Program-made: the position numbers and the translations under genes
The notes under the pieces: generated by a model
Told to the model about the DNA's origin: nothing
Database searches by the model: none
What the model saw: only the letters and a program-made list of their open reading frames with translations
In this document: in pieces, positions 38,698 through 48,440 of the stretch
How the letters are laid out: the number at the start of each line of letters is the position of its first letter
How positions within the stretch are numbered: position 1 is the first letter of the stretch
Origin: Candidatus Omnitrophota bacterium
Lineage (GTDB): Bacteria > Omnitrophota > Gorgyraeia > Zapsychrales > Fredricksoniimonadaceae
Assembly: GCA_015233675.1 (NCBI GenBank)
Contig: JADFXH010000001.1
Coordinates: forward strand, 209,138-273,137
Reading direction: 5' to 3'
Length of the DNA stretch: 64,000 bases

Positions 38698-40068
38698 TTA
38701 CCTTATTTGGGGAAGACTATCAAGAGCTTCCATAGATTTCACTAACTCGTCTTGTCCTAAGGCGTACCGCTCCAGTTTACCAGAAAGGTATTTCTCGTAC
38801 CCAAGTAAATCCATGAGGCCATGTCCGCTGTAATTAAAAAGAATGACCTTTTCTTTGCCTTCTTCTTTCGCCTTGATGGCTTCATCGATCGTACAGGCAA
38901 TCGCATGGCTCGTTTCCGGGGCACAAATCGTCCCTTCAGTCTTGGCCCAAGTGATGGCCGCTTCATAACACTTCACCTGGTCATACGCCTTAGGCGTCAT
39001 AAGTCCGTCAACAATGGCCTGACTGACTAATGGGGCCATGCCATGATAACGCAGCCCCCCTGCATGGATTGGCACAGGCATAAAATCATGCCCCAAGGTG
39101 AACATTGCCATCAAAGGCGTCATTCCCGCCATATCACCGAAATCATAGGTAAATTTACCGCGCGTCATTTTAGGACAGGACGAAGACTCGACAGGAATGA
39201 TCGTCATTTTAGCGCCATGTATCTTGTCCGAAACAAAAGGAAACGAAATGCCAGCAAAGTTACTGCCTCCTCCGGCACAGCCAATGATCACATCCGGCAA
39301 ATGTTCCCCAGCCAATTTCAATTGTTTCTTGGCTTCCAAACCGATGATGGTCTGATGCAAAAGAACATGGTTGAGAACACTTCCCAGAGAATAACGTGTC
39401 TGCCCCGTTTGGTCCGCCACCGCTTCCTCTATAGCCTCACTGATAGCAACGCCCAAGCTCCCGGGTGTGTCAGGCATTTGGGCCAATACTTTACGTCCAA
39501 AATTTGTTTGCGGGCTCGGGGAAGCCACACACGTTGCCCCCCAGGCATTCATTAAAGTCTTACGCATTGGCTTTTGATCAAACGAAACGCGAACCATATA
39601 AACTTTGCATTCCAGATCCAAAAGATTACATGCAAAAGCCAGGGCACTGCCCCATTGCCCCGCTCCTGTTTCAGTCGTTAATTTCTTAATACCAAACTGC
39701 TTGTTATACCATGCCTGGACTACTGCCGTATTGGACTTATGACTGCCTGCCGGAGAGACACTTTCATCTTTATAATAAATACGGGCAGGAGTTTTTAAAT
39801 AAGTTTCCAGATACTTGGCGCGATGTAACGGTGTCGGCCTCCAACGGGCTAAAATTTCCAAAAGAGGATCGGGAATATCGATCCAACGTTTGTCAGAAAT
39901 CTCCTGTTCGATCAAATTCATGGGAAAAACTTTACTCAGCATCTCAGGAGACATTGGTTTGCCATCAGGGGTCAAAGGAGGCTTTAGGCCATGCGGCAAA
40001 TCCGCGGCTAAATTATACCACTGCCTGGGCATATCTTTTTCTTCCAACAAAATCTTCGTCTTAACCAT
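38698..40068 (-). CDS. tryptophan synthase beta-like PLP enzyme, TrpB2 clade
   Basis: 456 aa, PLP-lysine motif SHKSNTA, a glycine-rich loop GCAGGGSN, and the TrpB2-type N-terminal extension. Confidence 0.8.
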   Translation of the reverse strand: MVKTKILLEEKDMPRQWYNLAADLPHGLKPPLTPDGKPMSPEMLSKVFPMNLIEQEISDKRWIDIPDPLLEILARWRPTPLHRAKYLETYLKTPARIYYKDESVSPAGSHKSNTAVVQAWYNKQFGIKKLTTETGAGQWGSALAFACNLLDLECKVYMVRVSFDQKPMRKTLMNAWGATCVASPSPQTNFGRKVLAQMPDTPGSLGVAISEAIEEAVADQTGQTRYSLGSVLNHVLLHQTIIGLEAKKQLKLAGEHLPDVIIGCAGGGSNFAGISFPFVSDKIHGAKMTIIPVESSSCPKMTRGKFTYDFGDMAGMTPLMAMFTLGHDFMPVPIHAGGLRYHGMAPLVSQAIVDGLMTPKAYDQVKCYEAAITWAKTEGTICAPETSHAIACTIDEAIKAKEEGKEKVILFNYSGHGLMDLLGYEKYLSGKLERYALGQDELVKSMEALDSLPQIR

Positions 40069-40214
40069 TTCTTTCTCTCCCTTTAAGCTTTCTAGATTAT
40101 ATATACTACAATACTTTTATTTGTCTTCAATATCATTTTATTCAAGTTGAATGTGTAATTAAAATTATCCTCTGGCCCCTTCAGCGTCACGTAGCGAGTT
40201 TTAATCAGCGGCGT

Positions 40215-41672
40215 TTATCGTTTTAGAAGCACGATACTACCATACCTTTTAATCACCTTCCAATTATCTCTCTTGAAAAACATTTGTATCCTTTTGGAGC
40301 TTGCCTGAGGCCAAAGCTTAAGGGACCGATTTAACCAAGGGTCTTTAAAATCAATCAACGCATAGCGCACCTGATCCGGCAAAACAAAAGACTTGCCCGT
40401 ATTTAATTCATTTGATTTTATCTCTTGTGGATTCTGATAGGATTCATCATAAACTTTATGGAAAGCATATAAATATTCCCGTGAAGACAAGGGAGTCAGA
40501 TAATCAAAGGTAGCTATCACCCCTGTTTGAAAGGGGACAGCTTTAACGAAATCCCAACGCACAGCCTCCAGATGGTCAGGATGATAATTAAGTTTGTAGA
40601 CAAAAGCATCTAAAAAGCAAAATAAAAAAGCTGTTACGGAAAAAATCAATAAAAACAAAATAGCATTAAAGAGCCTTCGACTGAATCTTTTAAAACATAA
40701 ATTTAATGCGCACATCACCGCCATAAATATAAACGGTGTTATAGTTGAACCGTAATGATAATAAATACTATGCTCCGATGGGTTATCAGAAAGCATATGC
40801 TGCAACAAAATGGGAGACGCTAAAAACAAAAACTGCCAGCTGATTAAAACAGGCAAGAGTAACGGGCCAAACAGCGATTTAAAATACTTGACATTCATAC
40901 CCGAAAAAATGGCATGCAGGGCTTTATGCGGTTGGGCAAATAGGTTAAATATTATTTCTCCGATATTTTGGCCTAAGTATTCATAGCGGACAACAAAAGG
41001 ATGATAGGCAAGATGACGGAAATACGGTACCACATAAATAACCAGGGAATAGAACACTCCTGCCCCTAAAAACAAATTAAACCATGCTATTTTAGGAGGA
41101 CATTTTTTACTGAAAATACCATACAAACCATACGCACATACGATCAAGGCCATATTTTCCTTGATCAGCATCAATAAAATCGAAGCTATTAAATAAGCCC
41201 TCCACTGCCGCCTTTGAAAAGCCATAAACATCCAGAATAAAATCGGCGGCGCCAGGCTTTCAGGATTAAACTCATAAAGAACAGAGAAAATATTGGCCGG
41301 AAATGCAAGATATAAAACCATCAAAATAACTGCGGTTTTCTGGCCTAACGATTCATAAGCAATCTTATAAAATAAATAAGCAGAAACAAGATAGGCCATT
41401 AACTTTAATAAAACTAAAGTCAAAGGATGGGGAGCTAAAGCGAAAAAAGGCAGGATTAACAGCGTAATAAAATAGGAATGATCCCCAAAGTAATTTATCC
41501 CTGTGACAGATGTGTATTGGGAACAATGAAGCAATTGCCAACAGGCTTGAGTAAAAAAAGCCAAATCCCAGTCATTGTATCCAAAATGGACATATTTATA
41601 GCATAGTAAAAAACACCAAATAAAAAAAGCAACTGCACATAACCCTATAGGCAAATAACGATCGTTAAGCAT
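40215..41672 (-). CDS. polytopic membrane protein (DUF2079-like, possible GT-C glycosyltransferase)
   Basis: More than 10 TM segments, with an acidic motif GYNDWD in the first loop. Confidence 0.45.
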   Translation of the reverse strand: MLNDRYLPIGLCAVAFFIWCFLLCYKYVHFGYNDWDLAFFTQACWQLLHCSQYTSVTGINYFGDHSYFITLLILPFFALAPHPLTLVLLKLMAYLVSAYLFYKIAYESLGQKTAVILMVLYLAFPANIFSVLYEFNPESLAPPILFWMFMAFQRRQWRAYLIASILLMLIKENMALIVCAYGLYGIFSKKCPPKIAWFNLFLGAGVFYSLVIYVVPYFRHLAYHPFVVRYEYLGQNIGEIIFNLFAQPHKALHAIFSGMNVKYFKSLFGPLLLPVLISWQFLFLASPILLQHMLSDNPSEHSIYYHYGSTITPFIFMAVMCALNLCFKRFSRRLFNAILFLLIFSVTAFLFCFLDAFVYKLNYHPDHLEAVRWDFVKAVPFQTGVIATFDYLTPLSSREYLYAFHKVYDESYQNPQEIKSNELNTGKSFVLPDQVRYALIDFKDPWLNRSLKLWPQASSKRIQMFFKRDNWKVIKRYGSIVLLKR

Positions 41673-41674
41673 TT

Positions 41675-42079
41675 TTATGGCACCTGCTTTCTTGCCAAAA
41701 ACATTCCTGTCAACATAGCTATCACAAAAATAATTGCCTTAAAAAAACCCAAACCTACTCCAACAATAGCAGGTCCCGGACAAAATCCCGCTAACCCCCA
41801 ACCCACTCCAAATATAACTGCTCCCAAAATCAATTGCCTGTCTATCTTATTTCTCTTAGGCAGATCAAAAGTCTCACAAAGTAACGGTTTGGAACTTCCG
41901 ACTAAACGATACCCAACGGCTGAGACGCTTAAGGCGCCCGCCATAACAAAGGCCAAGGTCGGATCAAAATGACCGAATAAATCCAAAAATCCAATGACTT
42001 TTTGAGGGTTTATCATGCCTGAGACGATTAAACCTATTGACATGATAAATCCGCTAATAAATGCTATGATAATCACCAT
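41675..42079 (-). CDS. YeeE/YedE-family sulfur transporter, half-size subunit
   Basis: Four TM segments and the GxCPG motif GFCPGPAIVG. Confidence 0.7.
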   Translation of the reverse strand: MVIIIAFISGFIMSIGLIVSGMINPQKVIGFLDLFGHFDPTLAFVMAGALSVSAVGYRLVGSSKPLLCETFDLPKRNKIDRQLILGAVIFGVGWGLAGFCPGPAIVGVGLGFFKAIIFVIAMLTGMFLARKQVP

Positions 42080-42080
42080 A

Positions 42081-42494
42081 TCAAACCTTCAAAACTTTCT
42101 TAATGAATACAGTCAAAATACCCGCCGCCATAAAGACGATAGTTGCGGCAATGGAGCGTTTTGATAGCCTTGCTATACCGCAAATCCCATGACCGCTGGT
42201 ACAGCCATTGCCTAAGACCGTTCCAAACCCAACTAAAAACCCCGCAATTATCAGGCTCCATGCCGAAGCATTGATAACTACCACAACAGAAAATCTCATC
42301 TGATAAATTAACCCCCCAAATATAAGCCCCAGAACAAATGCAAGGCACCACCAATAATCTTTATCCGCTTTGAACAGCAGCTTTGAGGTTATCCCGCTGA
42401 CTCCCATAATGCGGCCATTAAACCAATACAAAATTACCGCTGCAAGGCCGATCAACATCCCCCCTATCAAACCATGGATATAAGATATATTCAT
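42081..42494 (-). CDS. YeeE/YedE-family sulfur transporter, half-size subunit
   Basis: Motif LGNGCTSGHGICGIARLS. Start set to ATG 42494, directly after the stop codon of the upstream gene. Confidence 0.7.
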   Translation of the reverse strand: MNISYIHGLIGGMLIGLAAVILYWFNGRIMGVSGITSKLLFKADKDYWWCLAFVLGLIFGGLIYQMRFSVVVVINASAWSLIIAGFLVGFGTVLGNGCTSGHGICGIARLSKRSIAATIVFMAAGILTVFIKKVLKV

Positions 42495-42495
42495 A

Positions 42496-44139
42496 TCAAA
42501 TCCCCCGGCTTGCTTTATAAGTTTGGTAACCGCCGGATAAGTTACGGCATTTAAAACCATGCTGTGTCAAAATCCGGCAAGCTAAGTAACCCCGTAAACC
42601 GCCCTGACAATACACAATGTACTCTTTATCTTTTGAAAGCTGATTTACCCTGTCCCTTAAATCATCAATGGGGATATTTACCGCGCCGGGGACCATCCCC
42701 GCTTGAGTTTCTTTCGGCGATCTTACATCCAAAATGATTTTTTCAGGACCTGTATTTGTTGTGTCATCGCTATGGCATATCATTACATCGCCCCTAAGCA
42801 TATTGGATGCTGCAAACCCTAAAAAATTCACCGGATCTTTGGCAGAGCCATAAGGAGGGGCATAACATAATTCCAGATGCTCCAGATCATATACTGTCAT
42901 CCCGGCCCGCAGAGCAACAGCCAGCACATCAATCCGCTTATCCACCCCTTCCCTACCCACCGCCTGCGCGCCTAATATCTTTCCACTCTTGGGGTCAAAA
43001 AGCAATTTCATGCTCATTGGGGCTGCGCCAGGATAATAACCGGCATGATTGTTAGCATGAATATAAATTTTTTCATAAACCAAATTCATTCTTTTTAAAA
43101 TTTTTTCATTCACGCCCGTCAAACCGATTGTCAAATCAAATAGCTTGCAAATAGCTGTGCCCTGTGTCTTTTTATAAACGGAATTACGCCCGAAAATATT
43201 ATCCGCAGCAATCCTGCCCTGCCTGTTGGCCGGGCCGGCCAAAGGTATCAATACTTTTGTCCTTGTTACAAATTCATCGACTTCAATAGCATCCCCTACG
43301 GCAAATATAGCGGGATCATTGGTACTCATTTGTTCATTAACGGCAATACCCCCCCGTTGGCCGATTTCAAGCCCTGCTTCCTTCGCCAAACTAATTTCAG
43401 GTTTAACCCCAATAGCCAGAATGACCAAATCACAATCCATATTCTGCCCATCGCTAAGCTCTGCCACCACACCTTGGCCTGCCTGATAAAAACCCTTAAC
43501 AGAAACGCCAAATTTCACTTCAACACCCTGTTTTTTCAGCTCTTGATGCAAATAATAAGCCATTTCCGGGTCGGCAGGGCCCATGACCTGATCGGAAAGC
43601 TCAATGATTACAACCTCTAGCCCTCGTTCACGCAATGCTTCAGCCATTTCCAAACCAATATATCCGCCTCCCACAACAATTACTTTTTTTGTCTTGTTTA
43701 GATCCACTGTAGACTTAATCCGGTCCATATCGGATAAATTACGGAGCGTCATCACTTGCGGCAAATCCAACCCCGGCATAATAGGTTTAATGGGCTCAGC
43801 TCCGGGACTTAAAACCAAATAGTCATAGGGCTCTGTGGATTCTTTCCCATTTATTAAATCTTTTACAATTAAATTTTTTTGAGCCCGGTCGATCTTAATA
43901 GCTTCGGTCTTAACATAAACTTTGATGCGCAAACGCCTGTTCAAAGCCTCGGGGGTCTGGACTATAAGTTTTTCTCTCTCCTTAATAACGCCGCCAATAT
44001 GATACGGCAAGCCGCAATTGGCAAAGGATACATGCTCGCCCCTTTCAAAAATGACAATCTCCGCATCTTCAGACAACCTCCTTGCCCGTGCCGCTGCCGA
44101 AGCTCCCCCTGCAACGCCTCCGATAATCAATATGCGCAT
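42496..44139 (-). CDS. CoA-disulfide reductase with a C-terminal rhodanese domain (NADH:persulfide/polysulfide reductase-like)
   Basis: FAD motif ILIIGGVAGGASAA, CoADR active site SFANCGLPY, and a C-terminal rhodanese with the active Cys in VYCQGGLRG. Start set to MRILIIGG, which has an AAAGGA RBS. Confidence 0.8.
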   Translation of the reverse strand: MRILIIGGVAGGASAAARARRLSEDAEIVIFERGEHVSFANCGLPYHIGGVIKEREKLIVQTPEALNRRLRIKVYVKTEAIKIDRAQKNLIVKDLINGKESTEPYDYLVLSPGAEPIKPIMPGLDLPQVMTLRNLSDMDRIKSTVDLNKTKKVIVVGGGYIGLEMAEALRERGLEVVIIELSDQVMGPADPEMAYYLHQELKKQGVEVKFGVSVKGFYQAGQGVVAELSDGQNMDCDLVILAIGVKPEISLAKEAGLEIGQRGGIAVNEQMSTNDPAIFAVGDAIEVDEFVTRTKVLIPLAGPANRQGRIAADNIFGRNSVYKKTQGTAICKLFDLTIGLTGVNEKILKRMNLVYEKIYIHANNHAGYYPGAAPMSMKLLFDPKSGKILGAQAVGREGVDKRIDVLAVALRAGMTVYDLEHLELCYAPPYGSAKDPVNFLGFAASNMLRGDVMICHSDDTTNTGPEKIILDVRSPKETQAGMVPGAVNIPIDDLRDRVNQLSKDKEYIVYCQGGLRGYLACRILTQHGFKCRNLSGGYQTYKASRGI

Positions 44140-44143
44140 ATAA

Positions 44144-44223
44144 ATTCCTTTGATTAGGTCGGGCCAACGCCCTTCCATAACATTCCATTAAGCTGTTCCA
44201 TTGATTAGGTCGGGCCAACGCCC
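44144..44223. repeat. tandem direct repeat, 2 copies, 51-bp period
   Basis: ttcctttgattaggtcgggccaacgccct (44144-44172) against ttccattgattaggtcgggccaacgccct (44195-44223), 28/29 identical. Immediately upstream of the CoADR-RHD start and overlapping its RBS. Confidence 0.85.
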
Positions 44224-44301
44224 TCTAAAGCCCCCGATAAGGTTCTGTTGTGCCAAAAGGCCCAATTGCTTCGACCTCGTAAACGAGCGACATTGCGGGC
44301 C

Positions 44302-44523
44302 CTAAATTAATCCATGATATCGCTCTGATCCGCCATTGACCGCTTTCAAAAAAGCTGGGAACTTCCGGGAAGGAACAGTCATTTCCGTGACCTTTTCGTT
44401 GGTCACATCCTCAAAAATCATCGTCATTCCCCGCTTACCGTCATCATCCGTAAAATGCTTAACGTACACGCTATAATGCGATCCCAAATAATCCCATTCG
44501 ACCAAATCTTGCAATTTAGCCAT
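44302..44523 (-). CDS. hypothetical 73-aa protein
   Basis: ORF with a plausible start. No motif recognised. Confidence 0.35.
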   Translation of the reverse strand: MAKLQDLVEWDYLGSHYSVYVKHFTDDDGKRGMTMIFEDVTNEKVTEMTVPSRKFPAFLKAVNGGSERYHGLI

Positions 44524-44535
44524 AAAATCCTTCCT

Positions 44536-44892
44536 TTAATTGTTGTTCTTTCTAAAGTATTGTGCCACAACTTCTTTATGATCTCCCTGAAGCTCAACAA
44601 CGCCCCCATCCTCCGCCAAATAAAATGTCCCTCCAGTCCCTGTTTTAACTTTCAATTCTTTTGCCAAATTCTTTAAATACTCCTCACTATGCGGCAATGC
44701 CCCAATGAGCGTCACCACCTTGCCCCTGCGTCCTGATTTGTCCAGACGAATACTTGGTTTTATCAACTGCGATTTTGGTTTGGCGCCTTCAAAGAACGGG
44801 CAATCACATTGGGCCACTAATTTCTTGCACCGAGGACAAAGGGCCTTGCCTTTTGAATCTTTGGGATAAACGAAATCGGGGATGTCAATCAT
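44536..44892 (-). CDS. yciH: translation initiation factor SUI1/YciH family
   Basis: C-terminal SUI1 fold RRGKVVTLIGAL...KTGTGGTF...VELQGDHKE. N-terminal CxxC pair. Confidence 0.8.
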   Translation of the reverse strand: MIDIPDFVYPKDSKGKALCPRCKKLVAQCDCPFFEGAKPKSQLIKPSIRLDKSGRRGKVVTLIGALPHSEEYLKNLAKELKVKTGTGGTFYLAEDGGVVELQGDHKEVVAQYFRKNNN

Positions 44893-45069
44893 GACAAGGT
44901 CATTTCCAATCTATTGAGCTTGATCTCATACACACCAGGAGTTTGTGTTTCGTATTCAGTGATAGAGTTACTCATGGATCAATCTTTCCATATCCGCAGT
45001 ATTATAGCTTCAGGATTCTGTAGGGGGAACAAAAAGCGAATAAAAGTGGTGCCGGTTGGACAATAAAAA

Positions 45070-45807
45070 TTATTTAAAGACTTCCTTCAATAAACTTGTA
45101 ATTCTTGCAGCCGGTTGAGTCCTTATTTTTGTCTCTTCCTGCCCCAAAATCAAAAAAAGCCCATTTAAAGCCTTATCAAGCACATACTGCTCAACATCAG
45201 GAATCGGCACATTATGGGAAAATGGTAATGAACGATACTTACCAATGACATCATTATATTTAGCTGTTACATCATATTGAGCTAATGATTTCCTAATAAA
45301 GGGCAAAAATGCATCACGAAGCTGGTGCGAGGTTTTCTCTTTAAGAAATTCCGTAGCCGCGGTATTGCCCCCATTGTATATTCTCATAGCGTCATCAAAA
45401 GACAAGCCTACTATTGAATTGATGAAAATATCCCTGGCTTGAGGGGCAGAGGCTTCAGCTGCACGATTCATGCTTAAAATAAAATCATCGACAGTCTTGC
45501 CTAAACCAACCATCCTTAGGCCTTTATCTAACATCTGAAGCTTTTCAGGCAAAGGGATCTTAATCTCTTCATTCTTAAAAAAACCATCTGTTTTAGCTGT
45601 TAATTTAATCGCATTATCAATGCCAACCTTTAGCGCCTCCTTGAGGCCATCACCAATTTTAGTTTGACTTAGAGGAGTTTGCTTTAAACTCTCAATGTTC
45701 GAACTTTGTAATTTATTAAATTGGTCCTGCATCCAACCTGCAAAAGCCACATGAGTATAAGAAATAAAACTTAATATAATCATCCCAATGATTATTAGAC
45801 TATTCAT
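45070..45807 (-). CDS. secreted hypothetical protein (DUF4197-like)
   Basis: Signal peptide. GLKEAL...AI..L...DGFF resembles DUF4197. Confidence 0.45.
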   Translation of the reverse strand: MNSLIIIGMIILSFISYTHVAFAGWMQDQFNKLQSSNIESLKQTPLSQTKIGDGLKEALKVGIDNAIKLTAKTDGFFKNEEIKIPLPEKLQMLDKGLRMVGLGKTVDDFILSMNRAAEASAPQARDIFINSIVGLSFDDAMRIYNGGNTAATEFLKEKTSHQLRDAFLPFIRKSLAQYDVTAKYNDVIGKYRSLPFSHNVPIPDVEQYVLDKALNGLFLILGQEETKIRTQPAARITSLLKEVFK

Positions 45808-45833
45808 ATATTCATCTCCCAAAACTGAACTAA

Positions 45834-46367
45834 TTATTCTTTAGGATAAACTGTAATTTTATCCCCGGTGATCTTGGCATTAGGAACAATCACACGTTTA
45901 TTGTCCTTAGTTATAAGAATGGTGTTAAATATCTGGATCTCGGTGACCGTTCCTTCGGCGCCACCGGCTTCAATATAATCTTCCAAACGAAACGGCCGGA
46001 ATAAGATCATCATCACTCCCGAGGCAAAGTTGGAGAGCGACCCTTGAAGAGCCAAACCGACAGCCAAACCGGCGGCTCCAACGATGGCTAAAAAAGAACT
46101 GGTCTCAACGCCAAGCTTGTTAAGGGCAGCTATTGACACAAAGGTCAGGATCGTAAAAAATACGATGTGCTTTCCGAAAATAGCCAGAGTCTTTTCAACT
46201 TTTGATTTCAGAAAGAAATTTTCTAATAAATTAGAAACGATCTTTGCAACCCACCTGCCGATCACAAAAATAAGGATGGCCGCAAAGAAATTAAAACCGT
46301 ACTGGATCACATATCCATAAATTTTGTCTATGTGCTCTTGCATATTGCCCTCCCATTTAATTCCCAA
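45834..46367 (-). CDS. mechanosensitive channel MscS-family protein (short form)
   Basis: Pore helix LAIVGAAGLAVGLALQGSLSNFASGVMMIL and a beta domain GTVTEIQIFNTILITKDNKRVIVPN. Confidence 0.75.
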   Translation of the reverse strand: MGIKWEGNMQEHIDKIYGYVIQYGFNFFAAILIFVIGRWVAKIVSNLLENFFLKSKVEKTLAIFGKHIVFFTILTFVSIAALNKLGVETSSFLAIVGAAGLAVGLALQGSLSNFASGVMMILFRPFRLEDYIEAGGAEGTVTEIQIFNTILITKDNKRVIVPNAKITGDKITVYPKE

Positions 46368-46466
46368 ACGGTTTTTAAAGCAGCTTTAGCATTTTTTAAT
46401 GCTCCTGTTGCAGCCCGCAAAATATCCTCATGCCAGGTAAAATGCAAATTCCCGCTCTTCATTAAG

Positions 46467-47300
46467 TCATCTTGATGATGCTGCCAAATTAGTAATAAAG
46501 ATATCTTTAAAAAACTTTTGCATCTCTATCCATGAAGCTTTATCTGCGGCTTCATTATAAAGAGCACCCGGCGGATCGCCTTTATTGTCCGGATTTGTAA
46601 AGCCGTGCATAGCTCCCGGATATTTGATGAGCCTGTAATTGACTTTTGCATCTGCCATTTCTTTTTCAAAAGCTGACACCTCTTCCGCTTTGACAAAGGG
46701 ATCCGCAGCGCCGTGCAATACCAAAACTTTAGCCTTGATATTCCTGGCGTCTGTCGGTGAAGGAGAGCTTAGCCCCCCATGAAAACTGACAATTCCTTTA
46801 ATTTCTGCCCCGCTTCTAGCTAATTCCAAAACAGCAGTCCCTCCGAAACAATAACCGATTGCGGCTAATTGAGACACATCAACGTCAGGCAGTGATTTTA
46901 AAACATCTAAACCCACATTAACACGTGCCCTTAACAAAGCACGGTCTGCTTTAAATTTACCTGCCATGGCCCCCGCATCTGCAAACGTTTGCGGGCGTAT
47001 GCCCTTACCATAAATATCGGCAGCAAAAGCAACATACCCCAATTGGGCAAGCATGTCCGCACGTCTTTTGGCGTAATCATTGAGACCTTTCCATTCATGC
47101 ACAACCATAATCCCCGGACGTTTGCCATTCAAAGCATCATCATAAACCAAATACCCTTCAAGAGCAGCGTCCCCCTGCTTATACTCAACTGTTTCTTTTA
47201 TAAGAGCCGCTGACGCGGATGGCGTTAGGCCTTTCAAAACCAGGCACGCCAAGAAAATCGACCATGGCCTTGCTATAATTTTCCCCCATGTAAAAACCAT
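46467..47300 (-). CDS. dienelactone hydrolase-family protein (secreted)
   Basis: Nucleophile elbow GYCFGG. Alpha/beta hydrolase with His in GAMHGF. Confidence 0.75.
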   Translation of the reverse strand: MVFTWGKIIARPWSIFLACLVLKGLTPSASAALIKETVEYKQGDAALEGYLVYDDALNGKRPGIMVVHEWKGLNDYAKRRADMLAQLGYVAFAADIYGKGIRPQTFADAGAMAGKFKADRALLRARVNVGLDVLKSLPDVDVSQLAAIGYCFGGTAVLELARSGAEIKGIVSFHGGLSSPSPTDARNIKAKVLVLHGAADPFVKAEEVSAFEKEMADAKVNYRLIKYPGAMHGFTNPDNKGDPPGALYNEAADKASWIEMQKFFKDIFITNLAASSR

Positions 47301-47311
47301 TTCAGCTCCTT

Positions 47312-47611
47312 CTACTTCAAGTGACCATATTTTAGATAATCAATATCCAACTCATTCATATCACTTTTCATAGGGCCATGAAATCCAAAGGGCGTTTCAG
47401 AAAAAAAAGCCTCTACCAAATCTTTTTCAGAAACAACCGTACGCCCATCTTTTTGAATCAAATCTTCCGCTTTCTGAGACACTTTCTTTTCAGCTATATC
47501 CCTTAAAAAAATTGGCACCCTCGCAATCATCTGCTCAAACTTATTATGAGTAGCTAAATCCCAGGTGATATTATACCGTTTTTCGTTTGTGCCCATTATA
47601 ACCGTCCTCAT
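47312..47611 (-). CDS. PCP-reductase-domain small protein
   Basis: ITWDLATHNKFEQMIARVPIFLRDIAEKKV...VSEKDLVEAFF matches the PCP_red motif pattern W..EA...L.RIP.F.R. Confidence 0.45.
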   Translation of the reverse strand: MRTVIMGTNEKRYNITWDLATHNKFEQMIARVPIFLRDIAEKKVSQKAEDLIQKDGRTVVSEKDLVEAFFSETPFGFHGPMKSDMNELDIDYLKYGHLK

Positions 47612-47627
47612 GTTGGTTTAATTTTTA

Positions 47628-48440
47628 TCAGTCAAGGGAAAATAAAGACTCAAGAAAGATTAACCCTAAAACAATAAAAATAAAAACAGCCACGACTAAA
47701 ATTCCGTGAAAATAATTGTCAGCGTATGCCGCGCCATAATTCAATGCTAATCCGAAAGCTAAGACCACTCGAAAAATATTGGCAGTAATAACTAATGAAA
47801 TCAGAAAAATAAAAACCGCCCCCCTTTTTAACCAGGTTGTTTTATGGAAAAAAACAAAAAGCGCCGCAAAGACAATCACCAAACCTAATGAATAAAGCGC
47901 CACCAAATCGCCTTGTAAAGAAAGCTTATAAAAATAATCACTTAAAATACCCCCTTTTACAGTACACCCTCCCTGAACAGCGCTTAAAACAAAAAAACTC
48001 CCATGAACAATCAAAGCATTAATTTTAACTGTTACAGTATTCACCCAAGACTCTGAAAATTTGGAAGCAACTATGAAAAAAAATGAAATTAACGATAAAA
48101 TTAATACTACAAAACCCGCACTGGCATTGGCTGGAATGGGGTTCTTGCTTATAATCCCATCGACATTTTCCTCTTTAATATCCGAGTCAGCCAGCTCTGA
48201 GGAGGATGTTTCTATCTTTTCAATGATTGGAGGCGCATCACTGGCAGGCATTGAAAACGGAGGGTTTAAATCTTCCCCGACAGGGGCCGGCTTATTTTCC
48301 GGGGTCTTAGCCTTAAGCTCAGCCTCCCTCACAGCAGCTTCCATTTTCAGCCTGCGCTGTTCAGTAATTTCTATAATCTGCTTGGTTGTATAGACGTGTC
48401 GAGACTCAAAAGAAACCGTCTTTTTTCTTTTAGATAACAT
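47628..48440 (-). CDS. hypothetical membrane protein with a Pro-rich cytoplasmic N-terminus
   Basis: ~120-aa soluble N-terminus followed by 4-5 TM helices. Confidence 0.45.
   Translation of the reverse strand: MLSKRKKTVSFESRHVYTTKQIIEITEQRRLKMEAAVREAELKAKTPENKPAPVGEDLNPPFSMPASDAPPIIEKIETSSSELADSDIKEENVDGIISKNPIPANASAGFVVLILSLISFFFIVASKFSESWVNTVTVKINALIVHGSFFVLSAVQGGCTVKGGILSDYFYKLSLQGDLVALYSLGLVIVFAALFVFFHKTTWLKRGAVFIFLISLVITANIFRVVLAFGLALNYGAAYADNYFHGILVVAVFIFIVLGLIFLESLFSLD

Noticed and set aside
44140-44178. N-terminal extension MEGRWPDLIKGIY of the CoADR-rhodanese ORF
   Set aside because: The extension is encoded by the tandem repeat itself. The internal ATG (MRILIIGG) has a proper RBS and begins the FAD-binding motif.
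44144-44223. CRISPR-like array
   Set aside because: There are only two copies of a 29-bp unit at a 51-bp period, with no cas genes and no further repeats. Not a CRISPR.
47628-48440. Calling the 270-aa membrane protein an exosortase/archaeosortase
   Set aside because: It has too few TM helices, and I cannot place the conserved Cys/Arg/Asn residues confidently. Left as hypothetical.
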